DNA of 61,032 nucleotides from an uncultured virus (IMG/VR IMGVR_UViG_3300033075_001676) (taxonomy: Duplodnaviria; Heunggongvirae; Uroviricota; Caudoviricetes): the IMG/VR virus record IMGVR_UViG_3300033075_001676. One strand, given 5' to 3'. The first letter of the stretch is position 1; the number at the start of each line of letters is the position of its first letter. Positions 27,965 to 37,801 of the stretch are shown here, in pieces. The notes under the pieces were generated by a model. That model was not told the origin of the DNA, did not search any database, and saw nothing but the letters and a program-made list of their open reading frames with translations. A program made the translations under genes and the position numbers.

Positions 27965-28932
27965 AATTGCCTACCATACTTATCTATGATTTTTACCAAT
28001 TCTACAACAACTATTTCGTTTAGATTTTCATAGTTACTAAGTTTTTTAACTATTTTTTGATAGGGATCGGAGTTCATAAACTCATGTGCAACTAATACCC
28101 CGCAATTCCAAGAATCATCTGCATTAGTCTCAAAAATTAATTTTTTCCATTTCTTAGAGTTATAAGCTAACTCAATCCAATTATTACAATCAATATCATA
28201 TCTTTGAGCTAGGTTTAATATTAAATTAGTTTGAGCTAATGCTAACTCAGTACTAAGTCTAATTGAATCAACTAATCCTTTTCGTTGTTGAATCATTTCT
28301 TCTGAAAGGAATTCTGCATTCTCTTCTTTTAGAAGAATATTATAATCATTCAAAAGTTGTTTAGCTTGTTGAACATTTTTAAAATTAATAATTCCAGCCT
28401 GGAAATTCTCAGAGATTCTAGAGCCTGTATTTAAAACATAGTACTTAGGCATAAATTGATTAGGAATAGAATCTAATTCTTTCTTTAATAAAGGTAGGTT
28501 ATCTAACTTATTTTGACCTAATTGAATATAAATCCCAGGATTCAATTTTCTTGCATATTTTACAGCTTCTAACTCTTTTTGAAAAGTCTCAAACCTAGGA
28601 GCTTTTCTTTGAGAAAAATCAATATGGATTCCATCTAGACTATACCTAATATCATTCTCAATCAATTGAAAAATCTCACCAGTAGAAGATTTATCTTTTC
28701 CACCACAAGCTGATCTTAGCAACTCAATTTGACTATCAGGATACTTAGTTCTCAAACCTTGAAGTCTTAAAGCTAGATCAGCAGAACTTAAACCTAAATA
28801 TCCTTTGGTTAAAGATACTTGATCTTTAGTTATACTTATGGTAATAGGCTTATGAGTAAAATTAGAATAGTAGAAAGCAGCTTCAATAGTTTCATTAGTT
28901 ACTGCATTAATGTCAAGAATAAGGTTGGGCAT
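27961..28932 (-). CDS. Degenerate class II tagatose-bisphosphate aldolase (GatZ/KbaZ)-like TIM barrel
   Basis: KDQV..GY, IHIDF, VLNTGS, LKEENAEFL, KWKK; several expected His/Asp ligands absent. Confidence 0.55.
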   Translation of the reverse strand: MPNLILDINAVTNETIEAAFYYSNFTHKPITISITKDQVSLTKGYLGLSSADLALRLQGLRTKYPDSQIELLRSACGGKDKSSTGEIFQLIENDIRYSLDGIHIDFSQRKAPRFETFQKELEAVKYARKLNPGIYIQLGQNKLDNLPLLKKELDSIPNQFMPKYYVLNTGSRISENFQAGIINFKNVQQAKQLLNDYNILLKEENAEFLSEEMIQQRKGLVDSIRLSTELALAQTNLILNLAQRYDIDCNNWIELAYNSKKWKKLIFETNADDSWNCGVLVAHEFMNSDPYQKIVKKLSNYENLNEIVVVELVKIIDKYGRQF

Positions 28933-31089
28933 TTAATTAAAGTTATTTAAGGTATCGACAATATACATTCGGTCTTTTTCAGTAATCCAAAATCCATTTG
29001 GAATAGCTAATTGACTTGAGTCAAAAAGAGTAGTGTTAGGAAGATGAGTCTTAGACTCTTTAAAAACAGTGTGCTTATCGTTTCTAGCATGAACTTGAGA
29101 ACTTTCAATTCCTCGCTCTGCTAGGTATCCAATAAGTCTATCTCGGTCTAAGGGATCTTTGGTAAGTAAAGTATAGATCCAATAGTTAGATTTATTATCA
29201 AATGGTATTAATTGAAGTTTAGGATTAGTAATACTTAAATAATATTCTCTAGCATTTTCTCTAGAAGCTGCAACTGCTGTTTTTGCATTAGGAATATTAG
29301 CCAGACCTATTGTGGCTGAGACATCATTTTGTTGAAACTTAGAGCCTGGAATTTTAATATCTTGGGCACATCTAAAAGATGCAGAACCTTCTCTGTCTAA
29401 ACCAAACCATCTTAAAAGTCTAGCTTCTTCATACTGAGTTTCTGGAACCATTAAAGCTCCTCCATCTACAGTACATAAAAACTTAATAGCTCCAAAGCTC
29501 CAGCAAACATAGGTACCATGATTATTAGAATCTACATAAAGACAATGAGCAGCATCTTGAATTACCGGAAGTCCATAAGATTTTAGTTTATTATAGTCAC
29601 AATGCCGCCCGCCCCAATCTACTCCAATAATAGCTTTAGTTTTAGATGTAATTTTTTTCTTGACATCTTCAGGATCAATCAATCCAGTTAAAGGATCAAC
29701 ATCAGCCCACACAACTTTTGCATAATGCTGGAGTACAGCTGTGTTGGAGGCACTACAGTTGTGAACAACCATATTAGAAGCTACAAAATTATTATTATTA
29801 GCTACTTCAATACAGTAACTAAATTTATATTGATGTCTTCCTAGTCTACTTTTTGGCTCAAGTTTTTTCACATCAACTTTACTCCAATAAAGATTAGCAG
29901 AACCTATATTCCAAAAAGATTTATTAAAATATCCTTGATATTTTTTAGCTAGTTTATATTGAAAACATTCTGGAACTAAATATTTAATTTTTTCAAAAAG
30001 CAGATCTCTATCTAATTGATTAAGTTTAATTCGATAAGAATTTTTAGCTTTATTATATTGTAACTTAGGATCTGTAAAACCGATTCTTTTTAACTCTTTA
30101 ATAAGATAAAGATTATCAGTCAAAGAAAAAGAGTCAGTACAGAAAACAAGCTTGTCACCTTTTAACTTATTATGATAATATGATCCATCATCTAAATACC
30201 AAGTGCATAAAGTCAAATCAGTTAGTTTAAGATCTTTTGGAACGCATTTTTTATTGTTTAAATACCACCTACTATACTCTTTCAAAATATAGGGAGTATT
30301 ATTAATAGCAATTCCTTTTGAGGGTTTAGTATGTTTGTACGCAGCCCTAGAATACTTCGTAAAACTAAGTCCAGAATAGGCAGTTGACAGTAAGTCTAAG
30401 TACTCCTCAGATGAGGCTGTGTAGCAAATATTAGCCCTAGAACTTTTAGGCTTCTCGGATCTAATACTACCATCACCTAGAAGATTGCCCATAAAAAATT
30501 CTTTTTGTTTTTCATTAGGCTCTTGATGTTTAGTTAATACATAATCTGAGTTTAGAAGAGAATCAACCCTAATCCATCCTCTCTTAGTAAGTACTTTATG
30601 ATCACCTGTTATCCAAGACCCATGTTGAGTGTTATTTGATGACATGGCATCCTCAAAGGAAAGTCTATACCAAGAAGTTGTAGGAATAGTTTTGATCCAG
30701 TTCGTTATTTTTTGAGGTTCTAGTTTCTTAGTTTCTAGATTGTAGGACATTACCTCGCCTGCGTATTTGTTATCTACAATCCATTTAATAGTTTTTGTAG
30801 AGCCATTAGCAAGTAAGACTGGAGTGGAGTAGCCTAAGCAAGTTTCAGGAGTGCTTATCACTTCATCTCCAGGCCCAACTCCAGCTAACTTCAGAGCCAT
30901 AACAATAGCACTAGTACATGAATTAACAAATAAAGGCTTAACAGGTAGTCCAGAATTTATCTTATAAAATTCTTCTTCAAATTCTTTTACTTTAGGACCT
31001 TCACCAATATAGCCTGAAGAGAATACTGGAGCCAAATCAACTAAGGCTTGTTGATTCATGTTTACTTTAAAAAGTGGAAGTTTATTCAT
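28933..31089 (-). CDS. DegT/DnrJ/EryC1/StrS sugar aminotransferase containing an intein
   Basis: GPKVKEFE, VNSCTSA, GPGDEVI, IQDAAH, PLP lysine SFGAIKFL. Confidence 0.92.
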   Translation of the reverse strand: MNKLPLFKVNMNQQALVDLAPVFSSGYIGEGPKVKEFEEEFYKINSGLPVKPLFVNSCTSAIVMALKLAGVGPGDEVISTPETCLGYSTPVLLANGSTKTIKWIVDNKYAGEVMSYNLETKKLEPQKITNWIKTIPTTSWYRLSFEDAMSSNNTQHGSWITGDHKVLTKRGWIRVDSLLNSDYVLTKHQEPNEKQKEFFMGNLLGDGSIRSEKPKSSRANICYTASSEEYLDLLSTAYSGLSFTKYSRAAYKHTKPSKGIAINNTPYILKEYSRWYLNNKKCVPKDLKLTDLTLCTWYLDDGSYYHNKLKGDKLVFCTDSFSLTDNLYLIKELKRIGFTDPKLQYNKAKNSYRIKLNQLDRDLLFEKIKYLVPECFQYKLAKKYQGYFNKSFWNIGSANLYWSKVDVKKLEPKSRLGRHQYKFSYCIEVANNNNFVASNMVVHNCSASNTAVLQHYAKVVWADVDPLTGLIDPEDVKKKITSKTKAIIGVDWGGRHCDYNKLKSYGLPVIQDAAHCLYVDSNNHGTYVCWSFGAIKFLCTVDGGALMVPETQYEEARLLRWFGLDREGSASFRCAQDIKIPGSKFQQNDVSATIGLANIPNAKTAVAASRENAREYYLSITNPKLQLIPFDNKSNYWIYTLLTKDPLDRDRLIGYLAERGIESSQVHARNDKHTVFKESKTHLPNTTLFDSSQLAIPNGFWITEKDRMYIVDTLNNFN
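29758..30840 (-). mobile_element. Intein (361 aa) with LAGLIDADG homing endonuclease
   Basis: N-terminal CLGYSTPVLLANG, block B TGDHKV, GNLLGDGS and WYLDDGS, C-terminal VVHN followed by Cys. Confidence 0.93.
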
Positions 31090-31823
31090 TAATATTTAGG
31101 AGCCTCTAAATCAATAGAAGTTGAATACTGATTTTCTCCATGTCTATGGGACAATTGTTTACTATAGAATCCTTTAAGTTCACCATCAAAACCAGTAAAT
31201 CTACAGGGCCCATAGAAATTATAAAGTTGCTGATACAGGATGGCATCAAGTGCTACTGTTTGGGGACTAGGAAACCAAATTTGTTTATCTAAGTTACAAG
31301 ACCTTCGCCAAGCAACCTGAGCTGCGTCGACTCTACAAAAAGCATTGATAGATTCAGTAGGATTATACGCACTCTCTCTTTTATAACTGGGGTGTGATAA
31401 TTGTTCAAGATCTAGATTTTCAAATGGATTGTATTCTACAATATGTGAATATGCATGATACACATCTGGATTATTGGTAAAATAAGTATTTAAGTTTTCT
31501 AGATAGCTAGGAAGTAAAGCATCATCATCGCAAAGCATCAAGCAGATATCTGCTTGAATTTCTTGAATTGCTTTATTCCAGTATGCACCAAAATTACTAC
31601 CACCTTGGGCTAATTTTTGTTGAGGAGACAGTTCAGTATTATAGTAAGTCCACTTAGATTCATCTGGAATCAATCTTTTAAGAGTTTCTAGGCCTGGATT
31701 ATCACTTCCATCATCTACAAATGCAACATGCCAATTAGTGTAGGTAGACCTATTTAAACTCTCTAGAGCATAGGTAACCATATTTGGTCTATTAAAGTAA
31801 CATAGTAAAATTAGGAATTTCAA
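31089..31823 (-). CDS. Glycosyltransferase family 2
   Basis: YFNRP, FVDDGSD, LCDDD. Confidence 0.85.
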   Translation of the reverse strand: MKFLILLCYFNRPNMVTYALESLNRSTYTNWHVAFVDDGSDNPGLETLKRLIPDESKWTYYNTELSPQQKLAQGGSNFGAYWNKAIQEIQADICLMLCDDDALLPSYLENLNTYFTNNPDVYHAYSHIVEYNPFENLDLEQLSHPSYKRESAYNPTESINAFCRVDAAQVAWRRSCNLDKQIWFPSPQTVALDAILYQQLYNFYGPCRFTGFDGELKGFYSKQLSHRHGENQYSTSIDLEAPKY

Positions 31824-32263
31824 TTTAGCCTCATAATATATAACTCATTTTGCTCTGATATAATTTTAAAGCCAAGTTTAAAATATAGATTTACCGCTTT
31901 ATAGTTTGATTTTAATACATCTAGAAAAATAGGAGTCTCAGAAGAGGTCCCTCTAATCTTTTCAATAAGACTTTGAAAGATTTGTTTTCCATATCCATAG
32001 CCTTGAAACTCTGGATCAAGTGCTCCAGTAAGCCAAGGAACATTATCTATATACTGAATAAACCCATAACCTATTACTTCCTTTGTTTTTAAATTTGTAA
32101 AAGCATATAGTTTATCACAATCTTTCTTAACATTTAGATACCAATTAATTTGGTTACTTGGGTCTATGTCTTCCTTATCATGAGTCAAAGAATCTTTAAT
32201 TTTATTTCTTAGTAAAGCAATTCCCTTTAAATCTTCTAATTTAGCTTCTGAGAAAGAGTACAT
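31820..32263 (-). CDS. GNAT acetyltransferase
   Basis: PEFQGYGYGK, NYKAVNLYFKLGF. Confidence 0.88.
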   Translation of the reverse strand: MYSFSEAKLEDLKGIALLRNKIKDSLTHDKEDIDPSNQINWYLNVKKDCDKLYAFTNLKTKEVIGYGFIQYIDNVPWLTGALDPEFQGYGYGKQIFQSLIEKIRGTSSETPIFLDVLKSNYKAVNLYFKLGFKIISEQNELYIMRLN

Positions 32264-32883
32264 TATAATCCTCCATTAAGTCTTAAGACACTTCCAGTAA
32301 AATACTCAGTCTCAACAATAAATTTAATAGCATTAGCAATTTCTTGAGCTTTACCTAATCTTTTTAGAGGTACCTTTTCTAAAGCTTTTTCAAGAATAGG
32401 TATAGGAACTTTTTCTGTTAAGCCTCCTTCAAAATAACCTAATTGAATCACATTACTAGTAATCCCAGTATTAGCATTCTCTAAGGCTATAGTTCGCATC
32501 AGAGTTTCATTAAAAGATTTTCCAGCTGCATAAATTGCTGTACCTTTCAAAGGCTGATCAGCTAAGATAGAAGAGATATAAATCAATCTTCCAAACTCAT
32601 TCTTCCTCATAAAGTTAATAGCAGCTCGCATAAGATTTATATTGCCTTGGATATTCACCGAGAGCATCTTATCAATTTGCTCATCTGAGTATTTATTTAG
32701 CAAAGCATCGTAGTTCACAGTAGCTAGATTAATTACAACATCATAATGCAGAGAAGTAGCCCTAGAAAGCTTACTAATGTCAAATACAGAACCAACACTA
32801 TCAACCTTCATGAAATCACCTAAGAGTGGAATTAACTGTTTACCTAAACCACCTGTTCCCCCTACTAACAAACAATTAAGCAT
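32263..32883 (-). CDS. Short-chain dehydrogenase/reductase
   Basis: GGTGGLG, YAAGK, PLKRLG; likely start ATG 32883. Confidence 0.88.
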   Translation of the reverse strand: MLNCLLVGGTGGLGKQLIPLLGDFMKVDSVGSVFDISKLSRATSLHYDVVINLATVNYDALLNKYSDEQIDKMLSVNIQGNINLMRAAINFMRKNEFGRLIYISSILADQPLKGTAIYAAGKSFNETLMRTIALENANTGITSNVIQLGYFEGGLTEKVPIPILEKALEKVPLKRLGKAQEIANAIKFIVETEYFTGSVLRLNGGL

Positions 32884-33013
32884 ACCATTCACCTAGATAA
32901 GTAAAATCAATTGCCCAAGCAGGTAGTTCTGGATTTTGAGCTAGATAGGCTTGTTCGTCCCAGTAAGTATGTACTTCTTTTAATTGACCTAGAAAATTTC
33001 TATAATATCTCAT
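32876..33013 (-). CDS. 45-aa hypothetical peptide within the glycan operon (not in ORF track)
   Basis: MRYYRNFLGQLKEVHTYWDEQAYLAQNPELPAWAIDFTYLGEWYA; exactly fills the gap between flanking genes. Confidence 0.55.
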   Translation of the reverse strand: MRYYRNFLGQLKEVHTYWDEQAYLAQNPELPAWAIDFTYLGEWYA

Positions 33014-33014
33014 T

Positions 33015-33629
33015 TTAATACAACAACACTATCTTAAACTGCTCAGTAAGCTCTAAACATTTCCTAGTAGAGTTTAAATGAGTATGGAAAGCTCGCATAA
33101 ATTGTTCCGAGAAAAAGATAGGATCTTGCGAAGGAAAAGATTGAAGTCTCTTTATTTTGTCTGTTGCACTAATAGCTACATTAACAAACATATTTGGAAT
33201 CCAGGTATCTAATGTACTAGCACTTCTATACTGAATCACGGATACCGGAATTGATCTAGTCATAGCCATTCCAATGTTATTTACTAATTTATGTTCATAG
33301 TGAGTATCTAATTCTGGCGGAAGAAAGATAGCATCATACTTAGAAAGATCATATACTTTCTCTAATTCATGGATCCAGGCATCTTCAGTCAAAGATTTAA
33401 GATGTAAGTTTACTGGAGCTAAAGTTACATTAGGAACTCCTTTCCAAAAAGCTTTACACTCTTTCCATCTAGTTTCAATTGGAACAGAATTTTCTATAGT
33501 AGAAGTATTAAAGACTATAATAGTAAAATGAGTGTCGACATTTTTTAAGATAGTTCCACCCATGGAAATCTCTACATCATCTGGATGCGGAGAGAAGCAT
33601 AATACTTTATTATAATTTAATAATTTCAT
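33015..33629 (-). CDS. PIG-L/LmbE family de-N-acetylase
   Basis: SPHPDDVE..MGG, DTHYEH. Confidence 0.88.
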   Translation of the reverse strand: MKLLNYNKVLCFSPHPDDVEISMGGTILKNVDTHFTIIVFNTSTIENSVPIETRWKECKAFWKGVPNVTLAPVNLHLKSLTEDAWIHELEKVYDLSKYDAIFLPPELDTHYEHKLVNNIGMAMTRSIPVSVIQYRSASTLDTWIPNMFVNVAISATDKIKRLQSFPSQDPIFFSEQFMRAFHTHLNSTRKCLELTEQFKIVLLY

Positions 33630-34438
33630 AAAGATTGAAATGGTCTCGCTGAGTAGATTTTAATTCCAAATCTCCTAAGAAAATCTCTAAGCTTATCAGA
33701 TTCAAGATTTTCTTTGCCAAAGATAGTTTTAGTTTCTACATTAATGTAAACATCTCCTAAAAAGATTTCTGGATATCTAATTTCAATCTGCTTGGGTCTA
33801 GCTATAGCTACATACTTCTCTAAAATGTTATTAAACATGTTCTTCTTTGTTATTAAAGAAGGCTCCGCTATTTCTCTAATAAGTCGAGCAGGATTACCAG
33901 CATAGATAGCTCTTGGAATGTTTAGGCTTTTAGTAACAGTGCTATTAGCACCTATAACTGAATAAGGTGCAATAGAAACATCCATCATAATGAAAGATCG
34001 TTGGCCAATAATAACATGATCTCCAATATCAATCTTACCATATTTTACTGGAAACCCTTCCAGCATAGATTCCCAAAAACCATGAGTTAAGAAGTCTACA
34101 TCTGGAGATAAGCCTACATCATTGCCTAAAGTAATAGCCATGGCTAAATTTAGATAGTTATTATGAATTACACATCTATCTCCAATTGTCAGATTAGCAT
34201 CTTTAAATTGTGAACCCCCGCCTCCAACTTTAAGGCCTGGAGTCATATGTAAGAAGTGATCTCCAATGATCACATTCTCGGCATTAATTGTAACATCATT
34301 ACCGAATCTAGAATAGTCTCCAACTTTAAAAGTTCCGCGGACTTTAATATCTACATTATGCCCTACTGAGAAGTCCTTTCCTACTTCAATAATGTCTGCT
34401 ACAATTTTAGAGTTTTTCTCTGGATAATTAAGTTCCAT
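33626..34438 (-). CDS. Hexapeptide-repeat (left-handed beta-helix) acyltransferase
   Basis: IGDRCVI, IGDHVIIG, VIGANSTV, YAGNPARLI; likely start ATG 34438. Confidence 0.88.
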   Translation of the reverse strand: MELNYPEKNSKIVADIIEVGKDFSVGHNVDIKVRGTFKVGDYSRFGNDVTINAENVIIGDHFLHMTPGLKVGGGGSQFKDANLTIGDRCVIHNNYLNLAMAITLGNDVGLSPDVDFLTHGFWESMLEGFPVKYGKIDIGDHVIIGQRSFIMMDVSIAPYSVIGANSTVTKSLNIPRAIYAGNPARLIREIAEPSLITKKNMFNNILEKYVAIARPKQIEIRYPEIFLGDVYINVETKTIFGKENLESDKLRDFLRRFGIKIYSARPFQSL

Positions 34439-35138
34439 ATTTTCTTCTTTTATATTCGGCAAGCATTGGAGCTAGTCTAGGTGCTGAGCAGGAGGAATGC
34501 TCTACATGGTCCCAATAATATTCCATTTCATCATCAAATAATACATATCTTTTTGTAGAATCTGCAGCTGGATCTAAGGTAAGATGCCAAGGAAGGTGAA
34601 TTCCAGTATAAGGTCTACCTTTTCTAATTCCACTTATTGTAAATGGAATGCCAGGTCTGTAAACTGCAAAAGAAGTATCATTAGGGTATCCATACCAATT
34701 ATTAGGAAGTACATTTCCCCAAGTCATAGGCAAGCCTTCTGGATGGTCGCAGAACCTATCTGCAATCCATGCAGGATTTTCTTGAGGTACAGTTTTTTCT
34801 TCCCAACTAAATCCAAATTTATTCTCATGAGGAAACTCTTCAAAACCAGAAAGAAGTACTTTATCCCAATCTGAAGGGATTGCACTTAAATCATAGTCAG
34901 GATCAGTAACAACATAAGGCTCATTAAGATGGTTTACAATTCCATTAATCCAAGCTGCTTGGCCTCCATAGTTTCCTACTTTAAGAACCGTAAAGCCGCA
35001 AGTTGAATACCAATCTAATAAAGGCTCATAAGTTGATGCATTATCTATAAAAATAACTTCATGGCCCTCATTTGCAAACTTTTCAGCCATTGCTTTAGGC
35101 CAAGTTAGATAATTTCTATTATTAATATATATTTTCAT
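34428..35138 (-). CDS. GT-A fold glycosyltransferase (GT2-like)
   Basis: IDNASTYEPL, VTDPD, HLPW. Confidence 0.75.
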   Translation of the reverse strand: MKIYINNRNYLTWPKAMAEKFANEGHEVIFIDNASTYEPLLDWYSTCGFTVLKVGNYGGQAAWINGIVNHLNEPYVVTDPDYDLSAIPSDWDKVLLSGFEEFPHENKFGFSWEEKTVPQENPAWIADRFCDHPEGLPMTWGNVLPNNWYGYPNDTSFAVYRPGIPFTISGIRKGRPYTGIHLPWHLTLDPAADSTKRYVLFDDEMEYYWDHVEHSSCSAPRLAPMLAEYKRRKYGT

Positions 35139-36001
35139 TAATGTACAATAGTTTCAAGAAGTTCCGGCTTATCTCTATATCTAGCAAGAACAGCAGCTTT
35201 TACTGGTTCTACAAATTTTAACAAATCTGTGTTTTTATGTAAAGTTGTAACTCCCCATCTAGATGGTCCACCGTGAGTATAGCTCCACTCATCTTCAGCT
35301 TGTTCTCTTCGAACTCCAGCTTGAGATGGTCCATGATCTAGAACTCCCTTATTCATTTTAATTTCAAATTCTTCTCTACTCAAAGTCCGATAATGATGAT
35401 TCTTTATCTTTGAGAAACTATAATCTTGGGGGCAGTATGGGCCATCTACTCTAACTTTATTCTCATTAACAGCCCAGCTTTTTTCAAAAATAAAATTGTG
35501 GGGATTAGAATTAAATCTAACTGCAAAGGTAGGCTGAATTATGGTCTTTATATGGCACTGACTGTCTCTTGCAACTTCAGTATAGTTTTCAATTATCAAT
35601 CCAGTAGGTTTTGATATATGGCCGCTAGAGTTAAACTCTTCCCAAGCCACTGAGACTCCTCCATAACCCTCAAAGTCCTTAAGAAAATCTGGAATTTGTC
35701 TACCATCTGGGCAGAAGATTCTTTCATCAACTGAGTGAAAATGAATCCATTTAGACTTACCTCTTTGTTCATAGCAACAATGGTTAGCTAACCAAAAATT
35801 TTTAGGAACTGTAAGGTTTTCCGGATATTGTCGAATCTCTACTAAGTCATCATAAGGTTCAACAACTTCTAGCAGATTGTCTGTGCTACCATCATCATAG
35901 AAAATGAAATGATCAAAGCCTTGCATTAAATGAAATTCTAGATATTCTGGAAGGTATTGAGCTTCATTTTTAATCCAATAAATAGCAGTTAAATTTTTCA
36001 T
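35138..36001 (-). CDS. Glycosyltransferase family 92-like
   Basis: KNEAQYLPEYLEFH..GFDHFIFYDDGSTD, VDE, KTII, NHHY. Confidence 0.8.
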   Translation of the reverse strand: MKNLTAIYWIKNEAQYLPEYLEFHLMQGFDHFIFYDDGSTDNLLEVVEPYDDLVEIRQYPENLTVPKNFWLANHCCYEQRGKSKWIHFHSVDERIFCPDGRQIPDFLKDFEGYGGVSVAWEEFNSSGHISKPTGLIIENYTEVARDSQCHIKTIIQPTFAVRFNSNPHNFIFEKSWAVNENKVRVDGPYCPQDYSFSKIKNHHYRTLSREEFEIKMNKGVLDHGPSQAGVRREQAEDEWSYTHGGPSRWGVTTLHKNTDLLKFVEPVKAAVLARYRDKPELLETIVH

Positions 36002-36684
36002 AGAAATTTTATAATATTTTTTTCAAAATCTTCTGGAGTACCTAGACCCAACATCTCTACTTCGTATATTGTCGTAGGATTTTCCTTGATATACTCATTA
36101 TAAACGGGACAAACATAAAATTCATTATTAACTTTTATGTTTTTTTCAATCATATCTTCTGCAGCCGCAATAAAATCTTTTCCTTTACTATAGTAATAAA
36201 CACCACAAGTAGCATTATCACTAATTGGATTTTTCTCTGCAACCTCAACTACCATTCCATTCTCAACTTTAGCAAAGCTCCATCTTGAATCAATATCTTT
36301 AAAAGTCATAATTACTCCATATTGATCTTGAATATAGTGTCGATAATGTTTTTGATCATAAATAATATATTGATCACTATTAGCAATCATTAAAGGTTCA
36401 TCAGTATTGATAAATTCTTTTGCTAATAATACAGTGTGAGCAGCACCTCTTAGTAAAGTCTGTTGAGGAAGTATTACAGTATTAGGAGGTAAAGGAAAAT
36501 TAAAGTATTTAAGATGTTCATGCCAAGCAATTAAAATAACTTTATCTTCAGCTAAAGCTAAATTTTCCAATACAAGTTGAATAAGATTTAGATTTTTTTG
36601 GATCTTCAAGAAAGGTTTTGGCAAAGTATAGCCTTTCTCTTGGAACCTTGTACCTAATCCTGCCATAGGAATTACAATATTCAT
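35998..36684 (-). CDS. Sugar nucleotidyltransferase
   Basis: IPMAGLGTRF..GYTLPKP, NSDQ, AEKNPIS, NNEFYVCP, LGTPED. Confidence 0.88.
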   Translation of the reverse strand: MNIVIPMAGLGTRFQEKGYTLPKPFLKIQKNLNLIQLVLENLALAEDKVILIAWHEHLKYFNFPLPPNTVILPQQTLLRGAAHTVLLAKEFINTDEPLMIANSDQYIIYDQKHYRHYIQDQYGVIMTFKDIDSRWSFAKVENGMVVEVAEKNPISDNATCGVYYYSKGKDFIAAAEDMIEKNIKVNNEFYVCPVYNEYIKENPTTIYEVEMLGLGTPEDFEKNIIKFL

Positions 36685-37283
36685 AACAATTTATACTTTT
36701 TAAATAAGTCTATTGTAACTTCATCATAAGAAGCTACAACAATAGTCTCTATTTTAGCTCCTTGACTTGAAGAAGCACCAAGCTCAGTATCTTCAACAAC
36801 AATAGCTTCAGAGGAAGTTACATTCAATAATTTTAACATACGTAAGTACATGTCTGGAGCAGGTTTAGGATTTTTAACATCATCGTTACCAACATAAAAA
36901 TCTATATATTTAGATAATTTTGATGCCTGTAAGAAATGTTTAATGCTTTTATTAAGAGAATTAGAACACACTCCAATTTTATATTTTGATTTTTTTAGAT
37001 ATTCTAGTAGCTCAACTTTTTTTGGATCTTCAAAAATTTCACTATATATTAAATCTAAAGTTAACTCTTGTTTTGTAGTAGATATTTTTGAAATGTCTGC
37101 ATCACTGTATCCAATCTTTTTTAGTTTTGCTTTTGTAGGCATGCCATTATAATTAGATAGGTGTTCTTGGTATGTAATAATATGAAAATTGTGTCTCTGT
37201 AAAGCCAGATTCAAAGCTTTATAGTGCAGATCACAAGCATCCACTAAAACTCCATCTAAATCAAAAATAATAGCTTTTACCAT
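36681..37283 (-). CDS. HAD-family phosphatase
   Basis: FDLDGVLVD, PKPAPDMY, VVED; likely start ATG 37283. Confidence 0.9.
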   Translation of the reverse strand: MVKAIIFDLDGVLVDACDLHYKALNLALQRHNFHIITYQEHLSNYNGMPTKAKLKKIGYSDADISKISTTKQELTLDLIYSEIFEDPKKVELLEYLKKSKYKIGVCSNSLNKSIKHFLQASKLSKYIDFYVGNDDVKNPKPAPDMYLRMLKLLNVTSSEAIVVEDTELGASSSQGAKIETIVVASYDEVTIDLFKKYKLL

Positions 37284-37801
37284 CGTTCTGGATATTTTGT
37301 GCATATAGCGGCACAATTAGCTTTTTTATACTGGGCTATTACTTCAGAAGTTAGCTCAATTCCATGTAATTCCGGAGATACTGTTACCCCTTGAAATAGA
37401 CCCCAAATATTTTCAGGCTTTAAAAAATCATTCCATTTACCAACTTCTTTAGGGATACAAATAGATTCATATTCACTTCTTCTGCTAAGTACTTGATATC
37501 CCAATTCAGTTGCCCTAAGTGCATCTGGAACTATCAAATCAAATAAAATAATATTTGGAGCCGGTTTAATTACTTCATATATTAAAGGAATGATATTACT
37601 TTCTTTAACATTTAGAAGAGCTGTACAGGTAGAAGTTAAACTTTGAACATAATCTTTAAGATAGATTCCAGATGTGTTTGGATCATGGGCTACAATCAGT
37701 TCACCTAACCTAGTTCTAATATCAAGTTCAACTCCCCAATTGTTACTTTGAGCAAATTTCAGTTCTTCTATGGTATTAGCTCTATGTAAGAATTTAGTCA
37801 T
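37277..37801 (-). CDS. Glycerophosphodiester phosphodiesterase (PLC-like) domain protein
   Basis: HRAN, GVELDIR...VAHD, LNVKE, VSPELHG, AICTKYP. Confidence 0.75.
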   Translation of the reverse strand: MTKFLHRANTIEELKFAQSNNWGVELDIRTRLGELIVAHDPNTSGIYLKDYVQSLTSTCTALLNVKESNIIPLIYEVIKPAPNIILFDLIVPDALRATELGYQVLSRRSEYESICIPKEVGKWNDFLKPENIWGLFQGVTVSPELHGIELTSEVIAQYKKANCAAICTKYPERW

